This document shows positions 42,661 to 52,050 of a DNA stretch of 64,000 nucleotides, one piece after another. The notes under the pieces were generated by a model. That model searched no databases and was not told the DNA's origin. It was given only the letters and a program-made list of their open reading frames with translations. This stretch comes from Eubacteriales bacterium. Its GTDB lineage: Bacteria > Bacillota > Clostridia > Oscillospirales > CAG-272. The position numbers and the translations under genes are program-made. Each line of letters opens with the position of its first letter. The stretch's first letter is position 1. Location: assembly GCA_051867915.1 (NCBI GenBank), contig JBJDZJ010000191.1, forward strand, positions 5,487-69,486, given 5' to 3'.

Positions 42661-45600
42661 AAACAGAAGTACCTATGAAGAGAATCCGGCGACTGCTTGC
42701 CTCCCTTCTGGCGGCGACGCTTTGCCTGTCCGTTCTTCCTTTTCCGCTTATGGCGGCAGAGGAAGAAGACGGAGGTGAAAGCGAGGCAGAGCAGACCGAA
42801 TACTATGTATGCTTCGGCGATCAGAATTTCGCCGTTCGCCCCGCCAATCTGATGGAAAAACGGGAAGATGTTTATCTGTTGTCCGATGTGACCATGACGG
42901 GCAATCGGGAGTTCTATGTCACCGACAATAAGGGAATGAGGTACTACGGCTCGGACAACGAGACGCTGACGGTGGAGGAGAGCGGCTCTTACAGCTACGA
43001 TATTCTCTTCAGTCCCGACCGTCTGTTTGATTCCGAAGATGAGGATTCTGCCAAGACCGACTGCCATGTCAGCTACCGTTTCCATGTTCCCGACAGCTAC
43101 TCTGTGAACATTGACGGAACCGAAACGCCCCTGACCTACAATCCCTATCATACCGACTACGATCTTTATGTGATTTCCTGCATCCGACTGGAGGCGGGGC
43201 AGACGGTCTCCTATGGGGAGGAATCCCACAGTATCCGCACCGGCGGATGCTATCGGATTCTGTTCACCCCCGGCGAGCGTCTGGAAGGAAAGGAGTATGC
43301 CTTTGACAAGGACGGAGAGTACGGCAGCGGGGAGGATTATACCTACCATCTTTATCTGGAGGATACCCTGCGCTATTTCGCCGTCTTCGAGACCGCACTC
43401 AATCTGACCGCCGATACCGAAATATCCGGCTCTCCCGCCTATCTGCTGAGCCGTTTTGAGGAGAATGTGACCACCGAGGAATATCGGACCGGGAAATTCT
43501 TCATCGGGGAGCGGGATGCGGTTCTTCGCTATAAAATCTATGAAGAGGGACTCAGCGGCAGTTTCCGCCTTCTGGATGACGACAACGACGAGGACACCGA
43601 TGTCTCCAAACTGACCCTGACCGACGCCGGCTGGTATCAGCTGTCCTTTTCGCCCCTTGGCGACCGTTTTCTGACCGTCGCCGCCGAAGAAAGCGTGAAA
43701 ATGGGCGGCTACTATGCGGTGGGCGACTTCAACCGCTACGGCTTCAACGGAAACGGCGGCGTGGACATCAGCGGAAAATACCTCTTTTGCGAGATTGAAG
43801 AGGACGATCCCGATTACGGGGACGATTACAATGCCGATTATACCCAGTACATTCTCTTCCTGACGGTCAGCGAGGGCGATCTGGAGGAGGGCAATCTGGA
43901 ATTTTACATCACCGACGGCGAAAACAAGTATAAGAACAACGGGGAATACATCAGTCTCAATACGCCGGGCAGATACAAAATTCTTTTCTCCGATGAGCAT
44001 GCCTACGGAGGCGGACGGTTCTATCGCTACACTCTGCTGGACGACGACAGCCCTGCCAGAGAGATCGAGATCCGAACGGTGGAGGAGTATCTGGCTTTTG
44101 CGGGAGAGTGCAACCGTTCTGCCGACTATTCGGTGGGACTGTCGGTCTGGCTGTGCGCAGATCTGGACTTTGAGGGAGTGGAATTTGTCCCCGTAAACAG
44201 CTTTTCGGGCAGATTTTACGGCTCAACCCACAGTTTTTCCAATATCACTCTGACCTCCGATCAGGACGATTGCGGCATATTCGGCAGAGTCAACCGGACG
44301 GGATCGGTGGAGCGTCTGAATGTGGTGAATCTGACCCTTTGCGCCGAAGACTGCACCTATGTGGGTGTGGTGGCAAGGAATTACGGAACGCTGAAAAAGA
44401 TCACGGTGGACGGCAGTGTGAAAGGAAAGCAGACGGTCGGCGGCATCGTGGGTCTGAACGGTCAAAGCGAGATTGACGGAGATTCCTCCACCGTGGATTC
44501 GGGGGACGAGGTTCAGAAGGGCAAGGTCATCGACTGTACGGGCAGAGCCCGGGTACAGGGCGAGATCAGCATCGGAGGAATCGCCGGCATGAATGTCGGT
44601 GAGATTTCGGGCTGTGAAAATGGAGGAGAGGTTCTTCCCTATGCCAAAAAGTCGGGTGCCGATCTGGAAAGCATCGGCGGTATCTGCGGCTATTCGGCGG
44701 GACAGATCTGCGACTCTGTCAACCGGGCGTCCGTCGGCAGTGTGTCCGTCGGCGAATATGTGGGCGGCATCTGCGGACTTTGCACCGGCGAGATCTACTT
44801 CTGCACCAACAGCGGCTCTGTCATCGGAAGCCGCTATGTGGGCGGTCTGGTAGGCTACTTCGGTACCTTCGACAGCTCGAGTGATGCTTATACCGGAATC
44901 ACCGTAGAGGATATTCTGGCCACCTATTTCCCTCAGGAGGACAGCGAAGGTCAGCTGCCTGAGGGGACGGTCAGCGCCCTTGCCTACGGAGTCAATGGGG
45001 GATCGGTGTCGGCGGGCAGCTATGCCGGCGGTATTGTAGGATATTCCCGTGTGGATACCATGACCATCCTTCATTCGGCGTCGGTGGGCGACATCAAAAC
45101 CGCCGTCGGCGATTATGCAGGCGGCATCTGCGGATATGCGGACGGATCGGGTATCCGGGGATGCCTCAGCGGCGGATCGGTGGACGCTCACGGTTCATAT
45201 GCCGGCGGCATCTGCGGAATCGGCAGTCAGATTGAGTCCTGCCTGTCATCGGCGGATGTGTCGGGCGCCGATTATGTGGGCGGCATTGCGGGACTGGCTC
45301 GGACCGCCCTGCGCTACTGCTATACCAACTGCCTGATCCGTGGTGACAGCGACGCCCGATATATGGGTGCCGTGGCAGGCGCCGCCGATCAGTATAACAG
45401 TTCGCTGAACTCCTTCTGCGGACTGGTGCAGGACAACTATTTCATCGCCTCCTCTGTGGGCGGCGTCGGAGGCGTGGACTACGGCAAGGAATTCGACTAT
45501 GCCGCCTGCCCCATAGAATGCGACAGGCTGGCATATGAGGGAATGCTGTCCCCGTATCTTCACGAGACCTTCAGCCATACCGATTGGGTCGGCGGAGCCG

Positions 45601-46433
45601 ACAGTTCCCACTATCCTGCGCCCTACTACCTGACTGTCGAAGCAGACGATCTGCCCGAATGCGGGGAAAGCGATGAAGTGAAGGCGCTTTTCGGGAAGCA
45701 TCTGCCCGAGTACGCAGAGCTGATCGCCGATACCACCGCCATCACCTATACCCTGACCGTTTGGGAGTGGAATAAGAATCTGGGCGATCTCTATAAGGAC
45801 GGAGAATTGCAGACCGACAATTTTGAGAAAACCGCAACCCTGAGACTTCCCGCAGGAGGAAAGATCGAGAACATTTACCCCACTCTTGCCGAGCTGCGGG
45901 ACGGGAAATACCGTTATGAGTCGGACGACGCAAACTATTATGTGTATCTGGATCTGCCGCAGACGCTGACCGAAAATCTGGTGGTATATGCAGGTTATCG
46001 GGAGATTGCCACCTCACTGGAGGCAGAAAACGGAAAACTGCTGGTGGAAGGCGAGTTTGTCAAGGGAACAACGGTGGAGCTTCTGACGCTGGGCGAGTGC
46101 ATGACCCTTCGGTTTACCCTGGACGGTGAGGAGATTGCGGTGGGACCTGTGACGGTGAAGTTCAGGCTTCCGGATCCGCAGTCGAACGCGTTCATCAGTC
46201 TGGTGGACGGCGAGGCGTACAGCCCTGTGGAAAGAAAGGTGTCGGGTGCGTATCTCTGCTTTGACTGGTCGGACGGAATCTATTTCACCCTTCAGACGCC
46301 GGAAAAGACCGATCTTCCTTCATGGGCATACCTGCTGATGGGCGGCGGTGCGGCGCTGGTTCTCTGCGGTGCGGCGATCGGCATCGGAATGGGAGTCCGT
46401 AAAAAGAGTAAAAAGATGAAGGAAAACAGCTGA
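42657..46433 (+). CDS. Large (1258 aa) tail-anchored surface protein: four N-terminal beta-sandwich-like repeats, GLUG-motif region, C-terminal TM + Lys-rich stop-transfer
   Basis: The ATG overlaps the MMPL stop (ATGA), with GAGGGAGAG 8 nt upstream. Signal peptide RIRRLLASLLAATLCLSVLPFPLMA. GLUG-type motifs VGGIVGL, IGGIAGM, IGGICGY, VGGICGL, VGGLVGY, AGGIVGY, AGGICGY and VGGIAGL. The end reads LPSWAYLLMGGGAALVLCGAAIGIGMGVRKKSKKMKENS. Confidence 0.85.
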   Translation: MKTEVPMKRIRRLLASLLAATLCLSVLPFPLMAAEEEDGGESEAEQTEYYVCFGDQNFAVRPANLMEKREDVYLLSDVTMTGNREFYVTDNKGMRYYGSDNETLTVEESGSYSYDILFSPDRLFDSEDEDSAKTDCHVSYRFHVPDSYSVNIDGTETPLTYNPYHTDYDLYVISCIRLEAGQTVSYGEESHSIRTGGCYRILFTPGERLEGKEYAFDKDGEYGSGEDYTYHLYLEDTLRYFAVFETALNLTADTEISGSPAYLLSRFEENVTTEEYRTGKFFIGERDAVLRYKIYEEGLSGSFRLLDDDNDEDTDVSKLTLTDAGWYQLSFSPLGDRFLTVAAEESVKMGGYYAVGDFNRYGFNGNGGVDISGKYLFCEIEEDDPDYGDDYNADYTQYILFLTVSEGDLEEGNLEFYITDGENKYKNNGEYISLNTPGRYKILFSDEHAYGGGRFYRYTLLDDDSPAREIEIRTVEEYLAFAGECNRSADYSVGLSVWLCADLDFEGVEFVPVNSFSGRFYGSTHSFSNITLTSDQDDCGIFGRVNRTGSVERLNVVNLTLCAEDCTYVGVVARNYGTLKKITVDGSVKGKQTVGGIVGLNGQSEIDGDSSTVDSGDEVQKGKVIDCTGRARVQGEISIGGIAGMNVGEISGCENGGEVLPYAKKSGADLESIGGICGYSAGQICDSVNRASVGSVSVGEYVGGICGLCTGEIYFCTNSGSVIGSRYVGGLVGYFGTFDSSSDAYTGITVEDILATYFPQEDSEGQLPEGTVSALAYGVNGGSVSAGSYAGGIVGYSRVDTMTILHSASVGDIKTAVGDYAGGICGYADGSGIRGCLSGGSVDAHGSYAGGICGIGSQIESCLSSADVSGADYVGGIAGLARTALRYCYTNCLIRGDSDARYMGAVAGAADQYNSSLNSFCGLVQDNYFIASSVGGVGGVDYGKEFDYAACPIECDRLAYEGMLSPYLHETFSHTDWVGGADSSHYPAPYYLTVEADDLPECGESDEVKALFGKHLPEYAELIADTTAITYTLTVWEWNKNLGDLYKDGELQTDNFEKTATLRLPAGGKIENIYPTLAELRDGKYRYESDDANYYVYLDLPQTLTENLVVYAGYREIATSLEAENGKLLVEGEFVKGTTVELLTLGECMTLRFTLDGEEIAVGPVTVKFRLPDPQSNAFISLVDGEAYSPVERKVSGAYLCFDWSDGIYFTLQTPEKTDLPSWAYLLMGGGAALVLCGAAIGIGMGVRKKSKKMKENS

Positions 46434-46534
46434 TATGACAGTGCGTTTGAATCGTTTGAATCGGAGCTTGCCGATCTCAAAGACCGACCGGAAAAACCGC
46501 TTTTGACTTTGAAAATCGGCGGTTGAACGCCAAT

Positions 46535-46579
46535 ATAAAAACAGGGGCTGACGCAAACCAAGATTTGCGTCAGCCCCTG
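46535..46579 (-). terminator. Rho-independent terminator of the SGNH hydrolase gene (may also stop the convergent plus-strand gene)
   Basis: 16-bp stem CAGGGGCTGACGCAAA / TTTGCGTCAGCCCCTG. On the minus strand it is followed by TTTTTATATT. Confidence 0.7.
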
Positions 46580-46628
46580 TGTTCGGGTTGCCCACTGTTG
46601 TTGTGTCAGCCCGAGGTTGTTTTCGGTT

Positions 46629-48434
46629 TTATCCGGCCAGCGGCTCTCCGTACAGGTTGAAGGCCAGGGTGGCGTTGGTGTTGATGCTGTTGCCGCCCGA
46701 GCCGTAAAAGTTGTATCCGGCGGTGGGAACGGTGATGTAGAGCAGGGCGAGGGTGTCCGATGCGGCGCCGAAGGCAACGGTGTAGCCTTCGGGAACATCA
46801 ATTTCCAGATCCGTGAAGGTGAGCCAGCCAACAGATCCGTCATATTCCGAGGTCAGTTTATAGGTGGCAAGCGTTTCGGTGACATTCGGATGATTGTACT
46901 TGACGACCGACACCGTGAAGGTGTCCCCCTTCTTGCATCCGTTGACCGGAACCTCAATCTGGGTGATCCGATGTCCTGCCAGCGGAGCGTCCATGAAGAG
47001 ATAGGGCGTTCCCTGCATCCACCAGCCGTTATAAGCGGTGGATGTTTTGATGTCGTACAATTCATCAAGCTCCGAACCGATCAGATTGACCGATCCTTCG
47101 GGCGGGTCGATATTCGGAAGCTCGACAACAGGCTCGGGCGTTCCTTCGGGAAATTCCAGCTCGTAGGTCCACTCGCCGGAGATCATGGAAGGAATGGCTT
47201 CGGAAAGTCCCTTCGCCATGAGATAGTAACCTTCGGCATCGGGGTGAAGAGCGTCCGGGAAATGCTGTCTGCCCAGGTTTTCGGCGGTGTACTCGTGCAT
47301 GTTGAAGTAGGTGGTATCAAATCCGGCATCGCTGAGTACCGAGACCAGCCCAGCCTGAAGGTTGCGGACATGAGGGCTTCCCGAGTTCTCGTTTCCGTAG
47401 TAGACGGGACAGCTCATTATGACAAATCTCAGGTCATCGTTGGAGCTTGCCAGTTTGTTGACCAGCTTCAGGGCGGCTTCGTTGTAGGCGACATCGTCTT
47501 CGGATGTCCAGGCGCGGTCAAAGTAGGAATCGTTGGTTCCCAGCATAATCAGGGCAAGATCGAAGTATTTGGCGTTTCGGATGGCGGCGGTGCACTGATC
47601 GGTCCCCCAGTAGGGCTGACTCAGATCGTTGCGCATGGTGCGTCCCGAATTGCCGTAATTCAGAACCACATAATCCTTCCACAGAATCCGCTGGAGTGCA
47701 GCGGGATAGGCGTGAACATCCCAGGGGCTTGTGCCGAAGCCTTCGGTAATGCTGTCGCCGATACAGCCGACGGTTTTCAGATCGCAGGCTTTATCCAGCT
47801 GGAATCCGTCGGGCAGGTCTACCGTCGCATCGGAGGATACCGCATCCTTTATGTACTGCTCCACATAATCCCATGCGTGATAGGTGGAGCCGAAGGCGAA
47901 CGAGGTCTTCTTTCCGTAGCTTCTGCCGGTCATGGAGGTGGCGTCGTAACCGCCGCCGACCACCAGCTTGGTGCCGCTCTGCCGGATCTGGCAGAGATAG
48001 ACATTCATATCGTCGTAGACATCGCTTTCCTCTCTGTCGGTAGGTCCCACCAGAATCTCGTAGTCGGATGCCTGGATCTTGCTGTCCTGCATAACCGTCA
48101 GCTTGACTCCGGTCTGAGCCTCAATTCTGTCGGCGATGTCCTCTGCAATCATCTTGAAGAAATTGTAGTCGGTATACATATAGCGGATGGCGGAAACCCC
48201 GAAGGAAGCGTATGGGTGGGTAGCATAAATGATTTTGTAGTTTTCGAGTTCGTTTCCGTTCAGGGTCAGATGGACGGTGGTGGGCTCGTCTGAAGGCTCC
48301 GAAGGATCGGTGCCGACGGTGGAGGTTGTCGTACTGTCGGTCGTTGTCCCGTTTTGACTGCCCGTGCAGGAGGTCGGGAATACGATCATGGCGAGAAGAA
48401 GACCGACGGCAAGCATTCGATGAATCAGTTTCAT
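46629..48434 (-). CDS. SGNH/GDSL-type hydrolase (probable carbohydrate esterase) lipoprotein with extra N- and C-terminal domains
   Basis: Block I GCIGDSITEGFG (nucleophile Ser), block III LIMLGTNDS, block V FPDALHPD (DxxH). Signal MKLIHRMLAVGLLLAMIVFPTSC. ATG at 48434, 8 nt after AAAGG. Confidence 0.8.
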   Translation of the reverse strand: MKLIHRMLAVGLLLAMIVFPTSCTGSQNGTTTDSTTTSTVGTDPSEPSDEPTTVHLTLNGNELENYKIIYATHPYASFGVSAIRYMYTDYNFFKMIAEDIADRIEAQTGVKLTVMQDSKIQASDYEILVGPTDREESDVYDDMNVYLCQIRQSGTKLVVGGGYDATSMTGRSYGKKTSFAFGSTYHAWDYVEQYIKDAVSSDATVDLPDGFQLDKACDLKTVGCIGDSITEGFGTSPWDVHAYPAALQRILWKDYVVLNYGNSGRTMRNDLSQPYWGTDQCTAAIRNAKYFDLALIMLGTNDSYFDRAWTSEDDVAYNEAALKLVNKLASSNDDLRFVIMSCPVYYGNENSGSPHVRNLQAGLVSVLSDAGFDTTYFNMHEYTAENLGRQHFPDALHPDAEGYYLMAKGLSEAIPSMISGEWTYELEFPEGTPEPVVELPNIDPPEGSVNLIGSELDELYDIKTSTAYNGWWMQGTPYLFMDAPLAGHRITQIEVPVNGCKKGDTFTVSVVKYNHPNVTETLATYKLTSEYDGSVGWLTFTDLEIDVPEGYTVAFGAASDTLALLYITVPTAGYNFYGSGGNSINTNATLAFNLYGEPLAG

Positions 48435-48577
48435 GAAAATCACCTTTTCTGTTAGAAATCAGTTCAAATTTTCCCGTTTTTTCGGGAATTGTTTTGGCTA
48501 TTATACACCAAACCGATGCTTTTGTCAAGACGATTTCGGAAAACTGTGGAAAAAGTCGGCTTTTTTCCGAAACGGTC

Positions 48578-48606
48578 TTGACAAAATCGGGAACGAAATT
48601 TATAAT
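48578..48606 (+). promoter_or_regulatory. Consensus sigma-70 promoter of the TraX-like gene
   Basis: TTGACA (48578-48583), 17 nt, TATAAT (48601-48606): a perfect consensus. Confidence 0.75.
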
Positions 48607-48639
48607 AAAAAGGAAAATGAGGAAAAAAGGAGAAAAACC

Positions 48640-49329
48640 GTGAATCGACTGAAGCTCAGCGGAAACGCCCTGAAAATTCTTGCTCTGATTTCCATGACGC
48701 TGGATCATGTGGGACTGCTTCTGCTCCATGACTATACGCCCTTTCGGATTATCGGACGGCTGGCCTTTCCCATTTTTGCCTATATGATCGCCGAAGGTTG
48801 CCGCTATACCCGACATAAGCTGAAGCATTTTCTGATGATTTTTCTGTTGGGACTTTGCTGTCAGGTTGTTTTGTGGAAGGTGAACGGAAGCCTGCATCAG
48901 GGAATTCTGATGACCTTCTCCCTGTCGATTCTGCTGATCTATGCACTGCAATTTGCAAAAACGCATCCCAAAACGATGGCTGTTCTGCCCTTTCTTGGAC
49001 TGCTTGCGGCGGTGATTGTCCTGTGTCAGGTGGTTCCCCGATTCCTGCCGGGCACCGATTATGCCTTTGACTACCGCCTGTGCGGGATTCTCCTGCCGGT
49101 TCTGATCGCCATGTCCGATCATCGGCGGGAACAGCTGATTCTGTGCGCACTCGGGCTGGCGGTTCTCTGCCTGTACATCGGCGGCAGACAGTGGTGGTCG
49201 ATGCTTGCCCTGATTCCCATCGCCCTTTACAGCGGGGAAAAGGGAAAACTGCCGCTGAAATATCTCTTTTACATCTATTATCCGCTTCATCTTGCCGTGA
49301 TCTACGGCATTTCCATGCTGATGGGGTGA
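48640..49329 (+). CDS. TraX family membrane protein
   Basis: GTG at 48640, 7 nt after AAGGAG and downstream of the consensus promoter. LSGNALKILALISMTLDHVGLLL...GRLAFPIFAYMIAEGCRYT is the TraX-family N-terminal pattern. The track start at 48433 lies upstream of the promoter. Confidence 0.65.
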   Translation: MNRLKLSGNALKILALISMTLDHVGLLLLHDYTPFRIIGRLAFPIFAYMIAEGCRYTRHKLKHFLMIFLLGLCCQVVLWKVNGSLHQGILMTFSLSILLIYALQFAKTHPKTMAVLPFLGLLAAVIVLCQVVPRFLPGTDYAFDYRLCGILLPVLIAMSDHRREQLILCALGLAVLCLYIGGRQWWSMLALIPIALYSGEKGKLPLKYLFYIYYPLHLAVIYGISMLMG

Positions 49330-49330
49330 C

Positions 49331-50476
49331 TCATCCCTCCATCATGACGCTTTTGATCGGGATTTTGCGGATCCGACGGGCGGCAAGGGCGATCAGCCCC
49401 TCATAAAGGGGAATAAAGCAGAGGACGGTCAGGAAAAAGGCGGTCCAATCGAAGGAATAGGTCGGTACATTCTCAATTTCACGGAAGACCACATCCACCA
49501 TGATCCGCAGAAGGGCGTATTGGTAGACCGTTCCGATGACAAATCCCCCGCAGGCGATGGGTCGGTAGCCGTTCAGAACGGCATGTCGGCACTCGGCGGG
49601 AGTATATCCGAACAGGGACATCATGGCGATGTCCTTTTCGCATTTTTTGAGAACGGTGACGGCAGACAGAATCAGAGCGGTAAAGGCCAGCGTCAGACCG
49701 ATCACCAGAATCATGACGCCGGCAAGAGGACTTGCCAGTTCGTCCATGGATGCCGACATCTGCATCATGGAGGAAAAGCAGAAGGCGGCAAAGCCCATGA
49801 GAAAGGCCATGGCTTTTCGGCTTCTGAGAACCGCAGAGCGCATTTCCTTCAGAAACGGACGGTTCTTCTCCTTTTGATGCTTCCTTGCCCGAGACGGGCG
49901 GGTATCCCGATCGCACAGCATACTCAGCGGGGAGCAGCGCAGTCTGCGCAGGGCGCACAGGATGGACAGCAGGGAGAAGAACAGGGTGGGAAGAATCACC
50001 AGCAGGAAAAGCAGGGAAGGGTGAAAGGCAATGCCGATGTCGGGCAGAAATCCATCCTTGTTCTGGACCTCGTAAAATTCGGGCATCAGCAGAAAGGATG
50101 CGCCGAATCCCGGCAGTGCGCCCATAAGGACGCTGATTCCGAAAACGGAAAAATTCACGGCGATCCGCAGATTTCCGTATCCGAATGCCTTCATCAGCCC
50201 GATCTCCCGTTTTCGGCTCTCCACCGAATCCCGGACATAGAAGATCAAAAGAACCGCCGAGGTCGCCAGAAGACAGCCGCCGCTGACGGCGGCGACCACT
50301 TTGGCGGTGGACAGCTGGGCGTCATAAAAGACAACGGAGGCGTCGGTCAGCATCTGCCGATCGACGGCAGAAAGGTCTGTGTAAAAGTTCAGAAACAGGG
50401 TGCAGACGAAGACCGCACAGAAGGCGATCATCGAGATTCCGATCGGCTTTGCACCCTCCCTGAATCGGATCATCAT
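49331..50476 (-). CDS. ABC transporter permease, FtsX-like
   Basis: Multi-TM protein with a MKAFGYGNLRIAVNFSVFGISVLMGALPG-type FtsX segment, directly downstream of an ABC ATPase. Confidence 0.75.
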   Translation of the reverse strand: MMIRFREGAKPIGISMIAFCAVFVCTLFLNFYTDLSAVDRQMLTDASVVFYDAQLSTAKVVAAVSGGCLLATSAVLLIFYVRDSVESRKREIGLMKAFGYGNLRIAVNFSVFGISVLMGALPGFGASFLLMPEFYEVQNKDGFLPDIGIAFHPSLLFLLVILPTLFFSLLSILCALRRLRCSPLSMLCDRDTRPSRARKHQKEKNRPFLKEMRSAVLRSRKAMAFLMGFAAFCFSSMMQMSASMDELASPLAGVMILVIGLTLAFTALILSAVTVLKKCEKDIAMMSLFGYTPAECRHAVLNGYRPIACGGFVIGTVYQYALLRIMVDVVFREIENVPTYSFDWTAFFLTVLCFIPLYEGLIALAARRIRKIPIKSVMMEG

Positions 50477-50513
50477 ACGGGAAATCCCTCCTTTGTGTTG
50501 TGATGGGGCAAAA

Positions 50514-51206
50514 CTACCATCCGATTTCGTAGGCCGACATGGGGGAGGGATTCTCCCGGATCCCCACGATTTTGCCGCTGTTCATCCTGAGAACGGTGTC
50601 CGCCATGTTCTCGATGTTTTGATTGTGGGTAACCATGACGGCGGTGAATATCCGACAGGACTGAAGACGGGCCAGATAGTCCAGCAGATTCCGTCCGGTT
50701 GCCTCATCCAGCGCACCGGTGGGTTCATCCAGAAAGAGAATCTGCGGATTTTTCGCCAACGCTCTTGCCACGGCGACCCTCTGCTGTTCTCCGCCGCTGA
50801 GCTGATCGGGATAGAGATCCGCCTTGTCGGCAAGACCGACGGCGTCGAGAAGGGGCAGAAAGTCCCGATTGCCCGCCAGATCGGCGGCCAGTCGGATGTT
50901 TTGACGGATGCTCAGGTCGGGTAACAGATAGTACTGTTGGAAAACATATCCCACCTGTTTTCTGCGGAAGGCGGTCAGCTCCCTGTCCGACAGTCCGGCG
51001 ATGTCATAACCGTCGTAGGTCACCGATCCGCTGTCGGGACGCTCCAGACCGGACAGAAGATACAGAAGGGTGGTTTTTCCCGATCCCGAGGCACCGCACA
51101 GGACAGTCAGCTTGCCGTCCGGAATTTGCAGGCTGATGTTGTGGAGAATCTCGGTGCGGTTTCTCCCGTTTTGATAGGATTTTGTGACATTTTTCACTTC
51201 AATCAT
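50514..51206 (-). CDS. ABC transporter ATP-binding protein (MacB/LolD-like class)
   Basis: Walker A GASGSGKTT, Q-loop, signature LSGGEQQRVAVARAL, Walker B ILFLDEPTGALD, H-loop VTHN. Confidence 0.9.
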   Translation of the reverse strand: MIEVKNVTKSYQNGRNRTEILHNISLQIPDGKLTVLCGASGSGKTTLLYLLSGLERPDSGSVTYDGYDIAGLSDRELTAFRRKQVGYVFQQYYLLPDLSIRQNIRLAADLAGNRDFLPLLDAVGLADKADLYPDQLSGGEQQRVAVARALAKNPQILFLDEPTGALDEATGRNLLDYLARLQSCRIFTAVMVTHNQNIENMADTVLRMNSGKIVGIRENPSPMSAYEIGW

Positions 51207-51789
51207 GGTTGGATTCCTCTTCTTCCGATTTGATCTGTTTTATCAGCGCCGTAAAGACCCGTGTCAGCATGGCGCTGATCTCTTCGTCGGTAAGGGAGCA
51301 GGCGCCCGACCTACGGAGGACGGCGATGCCGTGGGTGTAGATCCAAAGATGGCGGTACAGCTCCGATGCGGCAGACTCCGACAGTCGGTAATCGTTTCTT
51401 ATGGAGGACAGGATTTCGGAGTAATGTTCCTCAATGATTGGCAGAATCCCTTCGATGGAGGGACTGTCCTTCTGCCCTCTGACGAACAGCAGTCCGAACA
51501 GCATGGGTTCCTCTCCGGCAAATCGGATGTACTGCTCGCCAACGCCCTTGAAGGCGGGACTTTGGGCAAGACCCCGACGGACATATTCGCCGTAGATTTT
51601 GCGGGCGGCGGCAAGGACGCCGTCCATAACCTCCTCCATCCCGGAAAACAGGGTGAAAATCGGGCGGGGCGAACTGCCGAGTTCTTCTGCCAGTCCCCGG
51701 GCGGTCAGTGCGTCCGCTCCCTGCTTTCGGACCAGCTCCAGTGCGCAGGCAATGACCTGCTCTTTTGTAAATTTTGCTTTCGGCGGCAT
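51199..51789 (-). CDS. TetR/AcrR family transcriptional regulator (first gene of the ABC operon)
   Basis: Start MPPKAKFTKEQVIACALELVRKQGADALTARGLAEELGSSPRPIFTLF (HTH) after AAAGGAGAA. The stop overlaps the ATPase start by 8 nt (ATGATTGA). Confidence 0.8.
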   Translation of the reverse strand: MPPKAKFTKEQVIACALELVRKQGADALTARGLAEELGSSPRPIFTLFSGMEEVMDGVLAAARKIYGEYVRRGLAQSPAFKGVGEQYIRFAGEEPMLFGLLFVRGQKDSPSIEGILPIIEEHYSEILSSIRNDYRLSESAASELYRHLWIYTHGIAVLRRSGACSLTDEEISAMLTRVFTALIKQIKSEEEESNHD

Positions 51790-52050
51790 GGCTTCTCCTT
51801 TCAAAAACAAGCGTTTTAAAACAACTGTTTTTATTATACACTCATAAAACGGCATTGTCAATAGGGAAAGAGAAAAACGGGCGTATTTTTTTTGCCTGTC
51901 GGGATTTTGCGGATCCGGTCTGCGACGGATGCGAATAAAATTTTATTAAAAAAATATTTTTTTGAAAAAAGGGTAGGAATTTTTTCGTTTCGATTGTATA
52001 ATGGATGAAAGGATAACGGTACCAAATCTTTTCTGATCGGAGAAACCCAT

